64,000 nt of DNA from assembly GCA_976551045.1 (NCBI GenBank), contig CDPCPM010000141.1:9052001-9116000 (forward strand). Direction: 5' to 3'. The notes beneath the pieces were generated by a model, which had not been told where the DNA came from, searched no databases, and worked only from the letters and a program-made list of their open reading frames with translations. Every line of letters begins with the position of its first letter. The first letter of the stretch is position 1. This stretch comes from Glaucostegus cemiculus. Taxonomy: Eukaryota. This document shows, one piece after another, positions 1 through 12,173 of the stretch. A program made the translations under genes and the position numbers.

Positions 1-110
1 TTGTGTCCTGTGTGTTGTCTGAATCTACCCTTCTGTGACACTGTTGCAATCAAGTTTTTCATTGTACCGGTACCTTGTCGTACTTGTGCATATGATAATA
101 AATTTGACTA
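1..110 (+). mobile_element. Rex1/Babar-type LINE 3' tail fragment
   Basis: tttttcattgta...gtacttgtgcatatgataataaa matches the tail attached to Rex-like RT at 34860-34930. Confidence 0.6.
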
Positions 111-129
111 AGGGATATAGCTTTAGTTC

Positions 130-358
130 AGGGTGATAGGAGAAATTATTTACTTTCACTCAGAGGGGTGTAAATTTTTGTAATTCTCTATCAAGAGCGT
201 GGATGCTGACTCATCATAAGCAAGATTGAGGTACACACACTTTTGGATGGTAGGGGATCAGAAGAAGTTAAGATTAAATACCAGATCAACCATTATTTGT
301 TGAATGGAAGAACAGGCGAGAAGCGTTATGGCATACTCCAGTTCTTATTTCTTATGTT
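130..358 (+). mobile_element. CR1 LINE 3' end (old)
   Basis: FFTQR.V..WNSL-type remnant and ttcttatgttc tail. Confidence 0.7.
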
Positions 359-369
359 CCCCTATGCCC

Positions 370-1430
370 AAGATTCCTGTGGTTGCTCCTAATACAACTC
401 AGCAAACAGTAAATGTCAATCAAAGTTCCTGAAATTTTAGTGAGGGGAAGGGCTGACTAGAGGGTCTTTCTGGTCTCTGAAGTGCTCTACTGTTTCTAGC
501 CAAATCAAGTTTCCTCTGCTGAAGTCATTTGTCTGTAATGGTGGCTCTGTTTAACTAGATCTATTTGTAGATAAGGGCAGGAAATACACGTTAAACAGTT
601 TTATGACCTGAAACTTGAGAAACTGAAATTTTGTTTGATGTGTGAAGGCTTTTTAAAACAGCATTTTGATCTATTAAAATATTTAGCACCAGCATTAATG
701 TCTGTGCATTTTCCTCTTGTGATAGCTTATAAACGTCCCACCTGTGGGCTGAAAAGGGAAATGTTAACATCAATGTCAGAAGGCGGCTTCATTCTTACCA
801 CAGGTATAAACCTCCAACATACAACTGAACAGTGTGCTTTCCACTAGTCATAAAGAATAGGTTATTCTTTAATTGCTTTGATCAACCTCAAGGCAATTAA
901 ACAAAGTGGGGAGGCAAGGGTGAGGGGCAGAGAAAGAGAAATAAAATGTGAAAAAGCAAAGACAAACACTAAACAAGTAAAAAAAATGAGGGGGAGGGGG
1001 AGGTACTAATGATGGTGAAAGTATTCTCCTGCTGCATTAACAGGCAGCACGAATGATCAAAACCTGCCCTCAAACCGTGACAGACAATCTACTTCTGAGC
1101 CTTCCAGTGTGAATTAGCATAGGTGGACACCTGATGATTAGCATGGACATGTAGTTACTTGACATCCTCAACAACTTTTCCATTGTCACCCAGTGTGTGT
1201 TCTTACCCTCTAATGAAGTTCACTCCAGGGTGTACACACAGATGCAAGTTTGGTATTATGATGTGTATAATTTACTCAAGAGTCCTTCACAGACTATGCC
1301 TACAACTTTCTACTAGCACTGATGCAACCCAGAGAACAGTCCTCGAATCTTCAAATGGGTAAAAGCCTTAAAGCAATCATAAACAATGTTATACGCACCA
1401 CACCAACAAACATGTACCACTTGCAAAGAT
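370..1430 (-). mobile_element. Degenerate Gypsy/Ty3 pol relic (RT-RNase H linker to integrase N-terminus), intron 10
   Basis: 1111-1430 aligns by eye to 4985-4996 plus 8297-8590. The ORF at 591-773 (YKLSQEEN...VLKSLHTSN) resembles the integrase His-His region. Confidence 0.5.
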
Positions 1431-1504
1431 ATTAGCTCTCTCTCTCTCTCACACTCACTGTGTACAAGCTACTCTTCTAGGACTGAATGTTGTTATTTTA
1501 TGTC

Positions 1505-2190
1505 ACAAGAACACAAGGAAATGGGAGCTGGAGTAGGCGACAGGCCCTTAAAGCATGCCCCACCATTTAATATGATCATGGCTGATCTACACTGGTCTCA
1601 ACTCCCCTTCTGTGCCATTTCTCCATACCTCTCTCTTCCTCAATCTACCAATTATTTTTCCACCCCCACTTTAAATACTTCCAATGATCCAGCTTCCACC
1701 ACCTGTCAGAGCAGTGAATTCCAGTCTTCTGGTCTACCACTAGCCCTCTCCACTTTGTATACCCTAGTTTTCAATTTAACATTATCCTTTACCTTTTCAT
1801 TATCCACAGATTGAGCCTCTTTCTCATGAAATCCCTTTTTTTTGATTGGAATAAGCTCTTGCTGAGCATTATAGACCAGCTGTTTGAATGTCTTCCACTG
1901 TTCTACTGACCCGTCTCTTAGCTTGTTAACCCAGTCCACCTTAGACAGCTCTTGCCTCAAACTATTATGATTGCCTTACTTAAATTGGAGACACTAGTTA
2001 TGGACCTGTGGTGTTTATCCTCAAACTGCACTTGAAATCTATCATCTTATGGTCACTACCTCCTGGATACCTTAACCAAAAGATCCCTTATTAATCTTTC
2101 CTCGATACATGAGACCAAATCTAAAATAGCTTGTTCCTCGGTAGGCTCTGTAATGTAACAAGCAATTCCCAATGCATTCCATGAATGTCC
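1505..2190 (-). mobile_element. CR1 fragment (3' tail joined to an ORF2 segment)
   Basis: ORF 1706-1960 MRQELSKVDW...WKTFK is CR1 ORF2-like; tail at ~1505-1560. Confidence 0.75.
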
Positions 2191-2716
2191 CATGAGATTT
2201 TTTATTTCTGTGTCTACTATAAAATTGTTAGCTTTTGGTTAAGAATAATTTCTTTAGAGCTCTTGTCTCATGGAATGTTGAAAGGCACACTTGGTACTTA
2301 GAGGGGACTTAGTACTCGTTGGAGGTCTGAGAGAGAAAATAAGTTATGGGGAAACGCGGTGGGTGAAAGGGATTACGAGCAGGCATCGACTTGATAAGCC
2401 AAATGTCCTCCTCCTACATTTCGATGTTGTAAGAAATATGTGAAGTGCTTCAGTACTTGCAGGGATCCCAGGATTCTGTCAGCAGCTTCAAAGGATTTCT
2501 AGATAGCCATTAGGAATTTCCAAGGAAATTGACCATATTTAAAGTGGGAGTGGGGTCCATAGACTATGAAACATACAATACAAATTCAACTTTCTTTTTT
2601 CTTTAAGCCTTATTGACTAAAGGACAAAGAATCTTTTAGTTCTGTTGTGCCTTTGGAAAATGCTGGTATTATATGTTCGCTGCACACCCAGACATTCTTT
2701 ATAACACTACTCCTAC

Positions 2717-2794
2717 CTTGGTTTGTACAACTGATGGTCTCTGTGTTCTCATTTCTTGAATCAGGTCATAAATACTGAAATTTTCTGGAATTAT
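2717..2794 (-). CDS. PTPN22: PTPN22-like exon 10 (IIPENFSIYDLIQEMRTQRPSVVQTK); gene continues left of the window
   Basis: 78 nt, ttcag|ATA acceptor and gtagg donor; Q-loop RTQR..VQT. Confidence 0.95.
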
Positions 2795-3329
2795 CTGAAA
2801 GCATAAATACAAATGTTCAGTTTGACATCAAAAAAAAAGAAAATCCAAGCCTGCAGCAAGTTGAGTAAAACCTGTGGCGAGGGAGAGAGCTGATTGCAAG
2901 GCATGTGTGCTCAGTGGATGTTTAATCTGTATAGGACACTGGGCCTAGCACACAGTACCTGAGATATGAAGATACTATGAGACTGAAGACATTCCTGAAG
3001 GGAATCTCATGATTTTTCCACAAGAACCAACATGTAACATTACTGCCGAGAGTCAAAGTGAGACAAACTTGGTGAATTAAGAAGTGATTCCTCTATGGAA
3101 GGCCATAGATGAGGTATGAATCATACAAATAATGCATGTATAGTTTATTCTAGGGGTACTCACAGATTGCATGACCTGCAGAATATAAACATTGTGGAAG
3201 TCCAGAGGGCAGTTAGTCACATAACGCAATCCTTAAAGGGTTAACAACTTTAAAGCAATATGTTTCATTCATTTAAAAATAATAATAAACTTTAACATAT
3301 TTACAGGTAGAAGTTGTAGATTTTCTCAC

Positions 3330-4996
3330 TCTCTATGACCCTTGCAGTGGTTTTGGTGTTACTTTTGGTGAACCCACCAATTCACCGGATGATGATGACC
3401 ATCAAGCGCTCTGTGTGGACTTTTGGGGAATTCTCACCAAACTTTATAAGACTGTTGAAGCAGATGGTTCTGTCTCCCTGATAACCCATCTATTTGTGTC
3501 CGATTTCCCGAGGGATTGGTAGGAGGGGTTCTCATCACATGAATTCTATCATGGAGAACAAACCTCTGCTTCTGTGGCTTAGTTTGCGATGCCTCCTCTG
3601 TTTACATTGCCTTTCCGCCATCTTTGTTTCTAAATTGTGCTGAATGAGGCTCGATCAGATCCTGACTCTCCTGTGCAACAATATTTCCACAGGCACGTAT
3701 CCTGCTGTGGAGTGTAGTCTTAGAAGAAATGCACCATTGATGTTTCATTGTGATGATTGTTTAATCTTCCATGGTCTTCTCCTTCAAATCGCTCCCTTGT
3801 GAACTGACCTTTCCTCTTCCTCATTTGAAGCTGGCCAGTAAGGAAAAGTGAAATGGTGCTATATTCCTTTGCCCTTCAGAAACTGTTCAAACCTAAATGA
3901 TCTAAACTATGGACCACTGCCTGACACAACTTATCTGGAAACCACATGTGAGAGAAGATGGCTCTTAATTTCTTTATTGTACATTCTGTGGGTGTGCATG
4001 ACCCAACCTGTTCTATTTCTAATCACTTCAAGTGGTTGCCAACTAAAACTAAAAAGCTGTCCTTTTTACAATAATCTATAAGGATCTGTTGGAATGGTGT
4101 TGTTACACTTCCACTGCTGGAGTGGTGTTTCAGCAGGTTGAGTTCTGGAACCTTGAATCCTGATAAAGGCATAAAAGATCTACCTGCATATCTACTGGCT
4201 AGATCTTTTATGCCTTTATCTATGCCAGGCTAATTGCCAAATCCCATAAATAATGCCTGTGTTCACTATGCCCCCTTGTACTTTGCAATGGAATGCCTCC
4301 ATACGCTTGCTGTGAAATCTCTTTGATACCACTTCTTTGTGTTCCCATTGTATTATAACAATTTGTAGCAGCTGTGATGAAAGGGCTTCATGTCTTCAAT
4401 CAGATGGGTGTCCAATTTAGCCCAATTACTGAATGTATATTCATATACTCATCTCAAATTTGGTGTCTTTGGATAGTTCTTTATAATGTTAATTTAAGTC
4501 CATGTTAATTTATGTTTGACATTTTTGCAAAAAGATAACTTTCATGGCATTTATATCCTAGGTATGTATGCCTATGACAATAAAGCTGAACTTGAAACTT
4601 GAACTTGAACCTTCCACTGCTGTGTCAGCAGAATCATCTTATACTGCCTGTAGAGTATAAATATCATCTCTTTCTGTTTATTGTGGTTTCTTTATCATCA
4701 GGTAGTCTTGACAGGAGTTCCGATGAAGGGTCTTCAACCTGAAATGTTAACTGGTTTCTCTTTCCACAGATGCTGCTTGACTGGCTGAGTTCTTCCAGTA
4801 TTTCTGTTTTTGTGTCAGATTCCAGCATCTGCAGTTCTATTTGTTTTCCAGCCCTGACAAAGAGTCCACTGTGGTGTATTGTTTGAACACTCTGTGTACA
4901 CAGTCATAGCTACATAGACTCCGCAAGACAAATCACTTCAGATTTCTTGATGTCATCATTGTGGGAAAAGCAGATTTTGTTCTAGAATTAGTATAG
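3330..4996 (-). mobile_element. Degenerate Gypsy/Ty3 RNase H-integrase relic, intron 9
   Basis: Minus-strand remnants in pol order: SAFPTMMTSR..YDCVHR..VDSLS and LSRLP (RNase H end); PGIDKGIKDL; CTIKKLRAIFSHMWFPDK..SGSGP.F..FEQFLKGKGI; PYWPASNEEEERSV; HSTAGYVPVEILLHRRVR (rve core). Confidence 0.75.
4716..4850 (+). mobile_element. Penelope-like terminal fragment with hammerhead-type motif
   Basis: AGTT-CCGATGA-AGGGTCTTCAACCT-GAAATGTT-AACT followed by cacagatgctgc..gctgagttcttccag, a unit recurring through the window. Confidence 0.65.
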
Positions 4997-7900
4997 AACC
5001 ATAGAAAACCACAGCACAGAAAACAGGCCATTCGGCCCTTCTAGTCTGTGGCGAAACATTATTCAGCTAGTCCCATTTACCTGCACCCATCCCATACCCC
5101 TCCAGACCTCTCTCGTCCATGTATCTATCTAATTTATTCTTAGAAGTTAAGAGTGAGCCCGCATTTACTACATCAGATGGCAGCCCATTCCACATTCCCA
5201 CCACTCTTTGAGTGAAGAAGTTCCCCCTAATCCTCTCCCCTTTCACCCTAAAGCCATGTCCTCTCGTAGTTAGCTCTCCTAAGCTAGGTGGAAAGAGCCT
5301 ACTTGCATTAACTCTGTCTATGCCCCTCATCATTTTGTAAACCTCTATCGTATCTCCCCTCATTCTTCTCCGCTCCAAGGAATAAAGTCCTAACCTGCTC
5401 AATCTTTCCCTGTAACTCAACTCCTGAAGACCCAGCAACATTCTAGTAAATCTCCTCTGCACTCTTTCAATCTTACTGACATCCTTCCTGTAGTTCGGTG
5501 ATCAGAACTGCACACAATATTCCGAATTTGGTCTCACCAATGACTTATACAACCTCACCAAAACATTCCAACTCCTATACTCAATACTTTGATTTATAAA
5601 TGCCAGGATGCCAAAAGCCTTTTTGACAACCCTGTCTACCTGTGACTCTGCTTTCAGGGAATTATGTATCTGAACTCCCAGATCCTTTTGTTCCTCCGCA
5701 TTCATCAGTGCTCTAGCATTTACTGTGTGTATGTCCTCCCTTGATTCGTCCTTCCAAAATGCAACACCTCACACTTGTCTGCATTAAATTCCATCTGCCA
5801 CTCTCTGGACCATTTTTCCATTTGGTTCAGATCCCTCTGCAAGCTTTGAAAGCCTTCTTCGCTGTCCACTACACCTCCAATCTTAGTGTCATCTGCACAT
5901 TTACTGATCCAATTAACCACATTATCATCCAGATCATTGATATATACAACAAACAGCAATGGTCCCAACACAGATCCCGGAGGCACACCACTAGTCAAAG
6001 GCCTCCAGTCTGAGAAACAACCATCCACAACCTCTCTGTCTTCTCCCACTCAGCCAATTTCGAATCCAATTTACAACCTTTCCATGGATACCCATTGACT
6101 GAACCTTCTGAACTAATCTCCCATGTGGGACCTTATCAAAGGCTTTACTAAAGTCCATGTAAACTACATCCACAGCCTTCCCTTCATCTACTTTCTTGGT
6201 GACCTCCTCAAAAAAACTCCACAAGATTCATTAAACACTATCTACCTCACACAAATCCATGCTGACTATCCTTAATCAGTCCTTGGCTGTCTAAATACTT
6301 GTATGTCCTATCTCTCAGAATACTTTCTAATAATTTACCTACTACCGATATCAGGCTCACTGGCCTGTAATTCCCTGGTTTACTTTTCAATCCTTTCTTA
6401 AACAAAGGAACAACATGAGCTATCCTCCAGTCCTCTGGCACCACACCCATGGCTAAGGACATTTTAAATATATCTGCCAGGGCCCCTGCAATTTCTACAC
6501 TAGTCTCTCTCAAGGTCCGAGGAAATATCTTGTCAGGCCCTGGGGATTTATCTACCTTCATTCACTGTAAAGCATCAAATACCTCCTCCTTTTTAACCTC
6601 TACACGTTCCATGACACTGGTGCTTGTTTCCCTTCCTTCCATATCCACGGTGCCAGTTTCCTGGGTAAATACCGATGCAAAAAAAACTGTTTAAGACCTC
6701 CCCCATCTCCGGAGGCTCCACACAAATACGACGACTCTGATCTTCTAGGGGACCAATTCTGTCCCTTACTATCCTTTTGCTCTTAATATACCTGTAGAAA
6801 CCCTTCGGGTTTACCCTCACATTATCTGCCAAAGCAACCTCATGTCTTCTTTTTGCCTTCCTGATTTCCTTTTTTAGTATTTTCTTACATTTCCTATACT
6901 CTTCAAGTACCTCAACCGTTCCTAGTTGCCTATACCTGCTATACCTTTCTCTCTTTTTCTTAACCAGCTCACCAATATCCCTTGAAAACCAAAGTTCCCT
7001 GTACTGGTTACCTTTGCCTTTAATCCTGACAGGGACATGCAATCTTTGCACTCTCAAAATTTCATCTTTGAAGGCTTTCCATTTACTGAGCACATCCTTG
7101 CCAGAAAATAACTTATCCCAATCCACTCCTCCTAGACCCTTTCTCATTTCCACAAAATTGGCCTTTCTCCAATTTAAAACCTCCACCCGAGGACCAGACC
7201 TATCCTTATCCATAATTATCTTGAAACTAATTGCATTATGGTCACTGGACCCAAAATTCTCACCTACACATACTTCCTTCACCTGACCTGCCTGGTTCTC
7301 TAATATGAGATCAAGTACTGCCTTCTCTCTTGTTGGTACCTCTACGTATTGATGTAGGAAACTTTCTTGAACACATTTGACAAATTCCAAGCCATCCAGC
7401 CCTTTCACAGAGTGGGAGTCCCAGTCAATATGTGGAAAGTTAAAATCCCCTACTATTACAACTTTCTGTTTCTTACATCGGTCTGCTATCTCCCTACAGA
7501 TTTGTTCCTCCAATTCTCTCCGACTCTTGTGTGGTCTATAATATAACCCTATTAGTGTGGCCACACCTTTCCTGTTCCTCAGCTCCACCCATATGGCCTC
7601 TGTAGACGAGCCCTCTGGGCTGTCCTGTCTACACACAGCTGTGATCTGTTCCCTGACCAGTAATGCCACTCCCCACCCCCCCCTTCATCCCTCCCCCTCT
7701 ATCACATCTGAAACAACGGAAACCTGGAACATTAAGCTGCCAATCCTGCCCCTTCTGCAACCAAGTCTCACTAATAGCAATAACATCATAATCCCACGTG
7801 CTAATCCATGCCCTAAGCTCATCCATTTTACCTACAATACTCCTTGCATTGAAATAGATCCACCTGAGAACGTTACTATCACGTACAAACCTTTCATTTC

Positions 7901-8299
7901 TGTCCATACCTGCAGACCTCACATGACCATTTTCTTCCTCACTATTTTCTCCAATACTCTGGTTCCCCTCCCCCTGCAAGTCTAGTTTAAACCCACCGGA
8001 GCAGCACTAGCAAACTACCCGCAAGTATGTTAGTCCCCCTCCAGTTCAGGTGCAAACCGTCCCTTCGGAACAAGTCCCACCTTCCCTGGAACAAAGCCCA
8101 ATTATCCAGAAACCTGAAGCCCTCCCTCCTGCACCAACTCCTTAGCCACATACTTAACTGCATGATCCTCTTATTTCTAGCCTCACTAGCACATGGCACT
8201 GGTAGCAATCCTGAGATTGCAACCTTGGAGGTCCTGTCCTTCAATTTTGCACCTAATTCCCTAAACTCTCTTTGCAGGACCTCCTCCTTCTTCCTATAT
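4993..8299 (-). mobile_element. CR1 LINE, 5'-truncated in ORF1; ORF2 (APE endonuclease + RT) disrupted
   Basis: ORF pieces with GDFN, SDH, DFSKAFDKVPH, GSVLGP, (C)ADD and FFTQRVV; ORF1 esterase end DGLHLN; ttctatggttctat tail at ~4993-5015. Confidence 0.95.
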
Positions 8300-8700
8300 A
8301 GGTGGACACTTGATGATTGGCATGGGTATCCACAACAACTTTTCCATTTCATCCTTGCTACCAAGTGTGTTCTCATCCTCTAATGAAGTCCATTGAAGAG
8401 TGTACACACTGATGCAAGTATGGCACCATGATGTGTTTAGTTTACTCAAGAGTTCTGCACAGACCGTGCATTAAACTTTCTACTAGCACTGATGCAGTAG
8501 AGGAACCAGTCCTCATCCAAATCCTTAAAGCATTCGTAAACAATATTATGTACACTACTCCAACAAACTTCTATCACATGCAAATGATGACATTGTTCAT
8601 CAGACTCTAAACATTTCTGCTCAGGTCTTTGCAAGAGCAATTCTTGTAAGCCCTTACCATGGCAAAAATCTGCACCTCCCCACCCCTCAAATGCTGCAGC
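8300..8700 (-). mobile_element. Continuation of the intron-9 Gypsy pol (RT thumb/linker) beyond the CR1 insertion
   Basis: CWSSVHNIVYECFKDL, TASVLV and HGAILAS remnants; joins 4996 across the duplicated TATAG. Confidence 0.5.
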
Positions 8701-9201
8701 TCTTTAAAATATGCATTACCTCTTGCTTCATGTGAAACAGGTTCAATATTGGTCCATAAAGCCATAAAGGCTAGAAGGTGTTAAATATCCCTACTGCTTT
8801 GAGGGAAGGGAAGCAAAGGAAATGCATTCATAGTCACTGGACTTTTGTTGATTAAATAAGTGAGAATCTTAATAATTCCCTGGAATAGAGGTAAAGGACC
8901 AGGCATGATCTATACTCGAGTGCCCATAAGGTTTTTTTTTTGTTCCTGCAGCATTGGTAATAAGCAATAGGCAAAGTATATGACTGGCTCAGTGGTAATG
9001 GTAACAAATATAAAATATCTGTAGTTGCTACTTTAATAAATCTGTTTACTTCAGATATCTTTTATTGCCACTAGAATAGCAGCAAGATAAGTTAACTGAG
9101 GACATTTTTAGACCTCTTAATTCCCTGTTGCAATGCAAAAACATGGTTTAAAAACATGGTCAAAAAGATGGCTTTGTGAACGCAAATAAAATGAAAATTA
9201 C

Positions 9202-9268
9202 CTCATCCTTCAGCAGCTTCCATGTATAATCAATGGCACATATCACACCTGTCCTTCCACAGCCAGCA
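9202..9268 (-). CDS. PTPN22: PTPN22-like exon 9 ([22 protein letters not shown])
   Basis: 67 nt, gcag|T acceptor and gtaatt donor; completes the [10 protein letters not shown] signature. Confidence 0.96.
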
Positions 9269-9589
9269 CTGCAAGGTAAAACAGTCAGAGGTAGACATTA
9301 GGAGAGAGTATAATGGAAAAATCAAACACTCTTTATCCAGAGAGCAGGACAGTTAATCTCCTCAGTGAGAACATGATTATTCTCTGAAATTGAAAACTTC
9401 AAATGGCCTAATCTCATTAGTACAAATAAATAAGGATGTTAGTCAAGTTTGAGTTTGGTTTTGACACTAGCACATCGATTGGGAGTTCATGCCACACTCT
9501 CAGATTTCAACACATTGTCAGGGCCGACCTTCCAGCAAAGTGCTGTCACTGGCACCCCTGGGTGGTAATAGAACAGTAGTCAAAGCAAA

Positions 9590-9830
9590 TTGTCTTATCT
9601 TTCATTTTGAGTCTCAGCAACGACAATTTGCATTTTTGTAGCACGTTTCATGTAGTAAAACACCCTAAAGACAAAACTTCTGTGAGGTATGCCAAAACTG
9701 GAGAAATGTAGAGAGTTTGAAGGATGGTAGGGCTGGAAGAAGTCGTGGAGATAGAGAGGGTGTGAGACCATAGGGGAACGTGAACACGAGGATAACAATC
9801 TTATTGGCCAGGAGCCAATGTAGGTCAACC
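9590..9830 (-). mobile_element. L2-type LINE 3' end
   Basis: Minus-strand tail aaacgtgctacaaaaatgcaaattgt, same type as the L2 tail at 52857-52880. Confidence 0.55.
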
Positions 9831-10159
9831 ATCAAGCTCTCTCACCCTCCAATTCTGCCATCTTCCCACCTCTTTCTCTCTCTCCCTCAAGAGTCATGCT
9901 TGTGCTTTAGTGTCCCTCCAAGACTACACCTCGAAAAACATCCCTCTTATTCCCTTTGAACTCCAAATCCCCCTTCCTCCTCTCGGTATCCTCACCTGCA
10001 TAGAATGCATTCTACTGAAAGTACATTCAACAGCAACTACCAAAGGGAATTGAATTGCAAAGGCCAAAAATCGCAGAGGCATGAGGAAAGAACAGGGCAA
10101 GGGTCTATTTGGTTAATGTCTTCCTTTTCGTTCTAAGACTTGATGTATCTCAGAAATCA

Positions 10160-10900
10160 TGAAGGGCAGCAGGGGCAAGCCAGGTAAATATAGGTCAGTG
10201 AGTCAACAATGGTAGGGAAATGACTTGAAAAAGTTCTGAGGCACAGGATTATTCTGCTCCTAGAGAAGCAAGGATTAATCAAGGATAGTCAGCATGGCTG
10301 TGCTAAGGCAAGATCCTGTCTGATTAATTCAATGCAATTTTTCAAAGAAATAACTGAGTCTGTCGATGAGGGTGTCGGAATTGGTATAGTGTACATGTCA
10401 GAATCAGATCTATTATCAGTGACACATGTTGTACTTCAGTAAGGCCTCAGACAAGATTCCACAAGGTAAGAGCCCATGGATGTTGTCTGGGTGTGGAGAA
10501 CTTCAGCTATGAGGAGAGACCAGTTAGGCTAGGTTTCTTTATCTTGGAGTTCATAGAAGGATGAAGGGTGGGGGAGACTCAATTATAAAATTATAAAAAG
10601 GGACACAGGAAGGATAGACAGTTAGAAACTTTTCCTTTTAAGAGGGATATCTATAGCCACGAGGGGACCTGGCAAAGCATTTTTCACTCAGAGGATTGTT
10701 AAAATCTGGAGTGTATTGCTTCAGGGTGTGGTGGAGGCAAGTATTCTCACAACATAGAGGGAATATTTAGATGAACATTTAAATGTGATGGCATGGAAGA
10801 CAATGAGCTGGAAAACTAGATTATTATAGATGGGTACTTGATGGCTGGCACAGACCCAGCAGGATGAAGAACCTGTTTCCATGTTGCATGACTCCATGAC
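10160..10900 (+). mobile_element. CR1 RT fragments with internal deletions
   Basis: PGKYRSVS, DSQHG and FSKASDK remnants plus a CR1 tail. Confidence 0.75.
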
Positions 10901-12173
10901 TAGAAGCCTTGATTGTGGAGAATCCCGAAACACTTTGCATCCCAGCTACCTTATTCTAAAAAAAATGCAAATTTCAGCCTCCTCTATCCTAACCCATTCT
11001 TTCCTAGTACCAAGTTTTACTTCCTCAATAGCTCCCACCTCTCACCAGTAGGAGGCTGAAACTCAAGCTTTACGTCATTTTTGAAAAAAAGCACCTAATG
11101 GAGGATATTCTTGTTCTGGTTTTCTGTTAGTCAATGGCCAAAGATAAAAAAAAAAGGCCTCTACGGAAGTCATACATCAACATTGGACTTTGTAAATTTT
11201 AAATGTCCTTCAAGGGACTTTCTGAGTGGGACGCAGTGGATAGTTGAGAGAACTCAGGCTAGGCAGGGCCATTGTAGTGCAGGAGAAAATGGTCAATGAT
11301 ACGGAGAAGCTCAAAGAATTCTCTGGGATCCAGAATAATTTACAAAATAAAACTTACTGCAGGCCATCTTTTATCACTTCCCTCCTCCTTCTCTCACCCC
11401 ACACCACATCCTGCTTGTAGTCTGCTTTCCCCACAGTCCAAAATTCAGCATGAGTCATGTGCCTGCATGTTACAAATGGTGTGTATTTGTGGTGACTTCT
11501 GCACACTAACACTCTCGTTTATCTGGTAAATTACTTGTCCCCTCCCAAACTATGTATGGGAGTACAGCATTAATGCAGTAGTAAACACTCTGCCACTATA
11601 ATAGCCAACCCTGATTCTGTTTCCTTCCCACCAGTCAGACAAGGTCAGCATGTACCTGGAAACACAATCACCCTCAGGTTCCCCCTCAGACACAATCCTG
11701 AGAGGCTTTCACTGCAACTGGGTCAAAATCCTGGAACTCCCTTCTGCCACTGCGGCAGCACCTTCTCACCATGTGCCACAGTGACTGAAGAAGATGGTTC
11801 ACATTAACTTGATGAGGGCTGCAGAATGGGCAATAAGTGATTTGGTGGGCAAAGGAGAATCGGGTAAACAAATAGAACATTATAGTTCACAGGATCAAAT
11901 CTAAAGTCCTCTCAAACTGCATTGGCACTGAATATTTATTAAAACAGTTCAGAGTCCTTTGGGAAGAAAACTTAAAAGAATTTGCTTGTTAGGTTGTGTA
12001 TCGGCAACAATGGAACATTAAAATAATCAAAGCAGTATTCTTCACTACTGGGCTTTTCTCTGTTGAAACCCACAGGTTATTGAGGATCAAGGTACAGCCA
12101 AAAAAAAATGAATTGGGCTTGTGCTTGTAAGCCGGTCAGTCAATCTTTGGGCTCTTGGCAATTGCTGGCTTAC

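Noticed and set aside
591-773. Candidate PTPN22 exon 11 after a good acceptor (cttttcagcccacag)
   Set aside because: No EQYELV-like sequence, the phase-0 reading stops after four codons, and it resembles Gypsy integrase instead.
6593-7669. 358-aa ORF, the longest in the track, as a host gene
   Set aside because: It is the endonuclease/tether part of a frameshifted CR1 ORF2.
1111-8590. Direct repeats as the two LTRs of one retrotransposon
   Set aside because: A host exon lies between them, no TG...CA ends or PBS/PPT were seen, and they appear to be internal pol sequence.
9055-9095. TYLAAILV as a decayed Gypsy YLDD motif
   Set aside because: Both aspartates are missing and the spacing to downstream motifs does not fit; could be chance.
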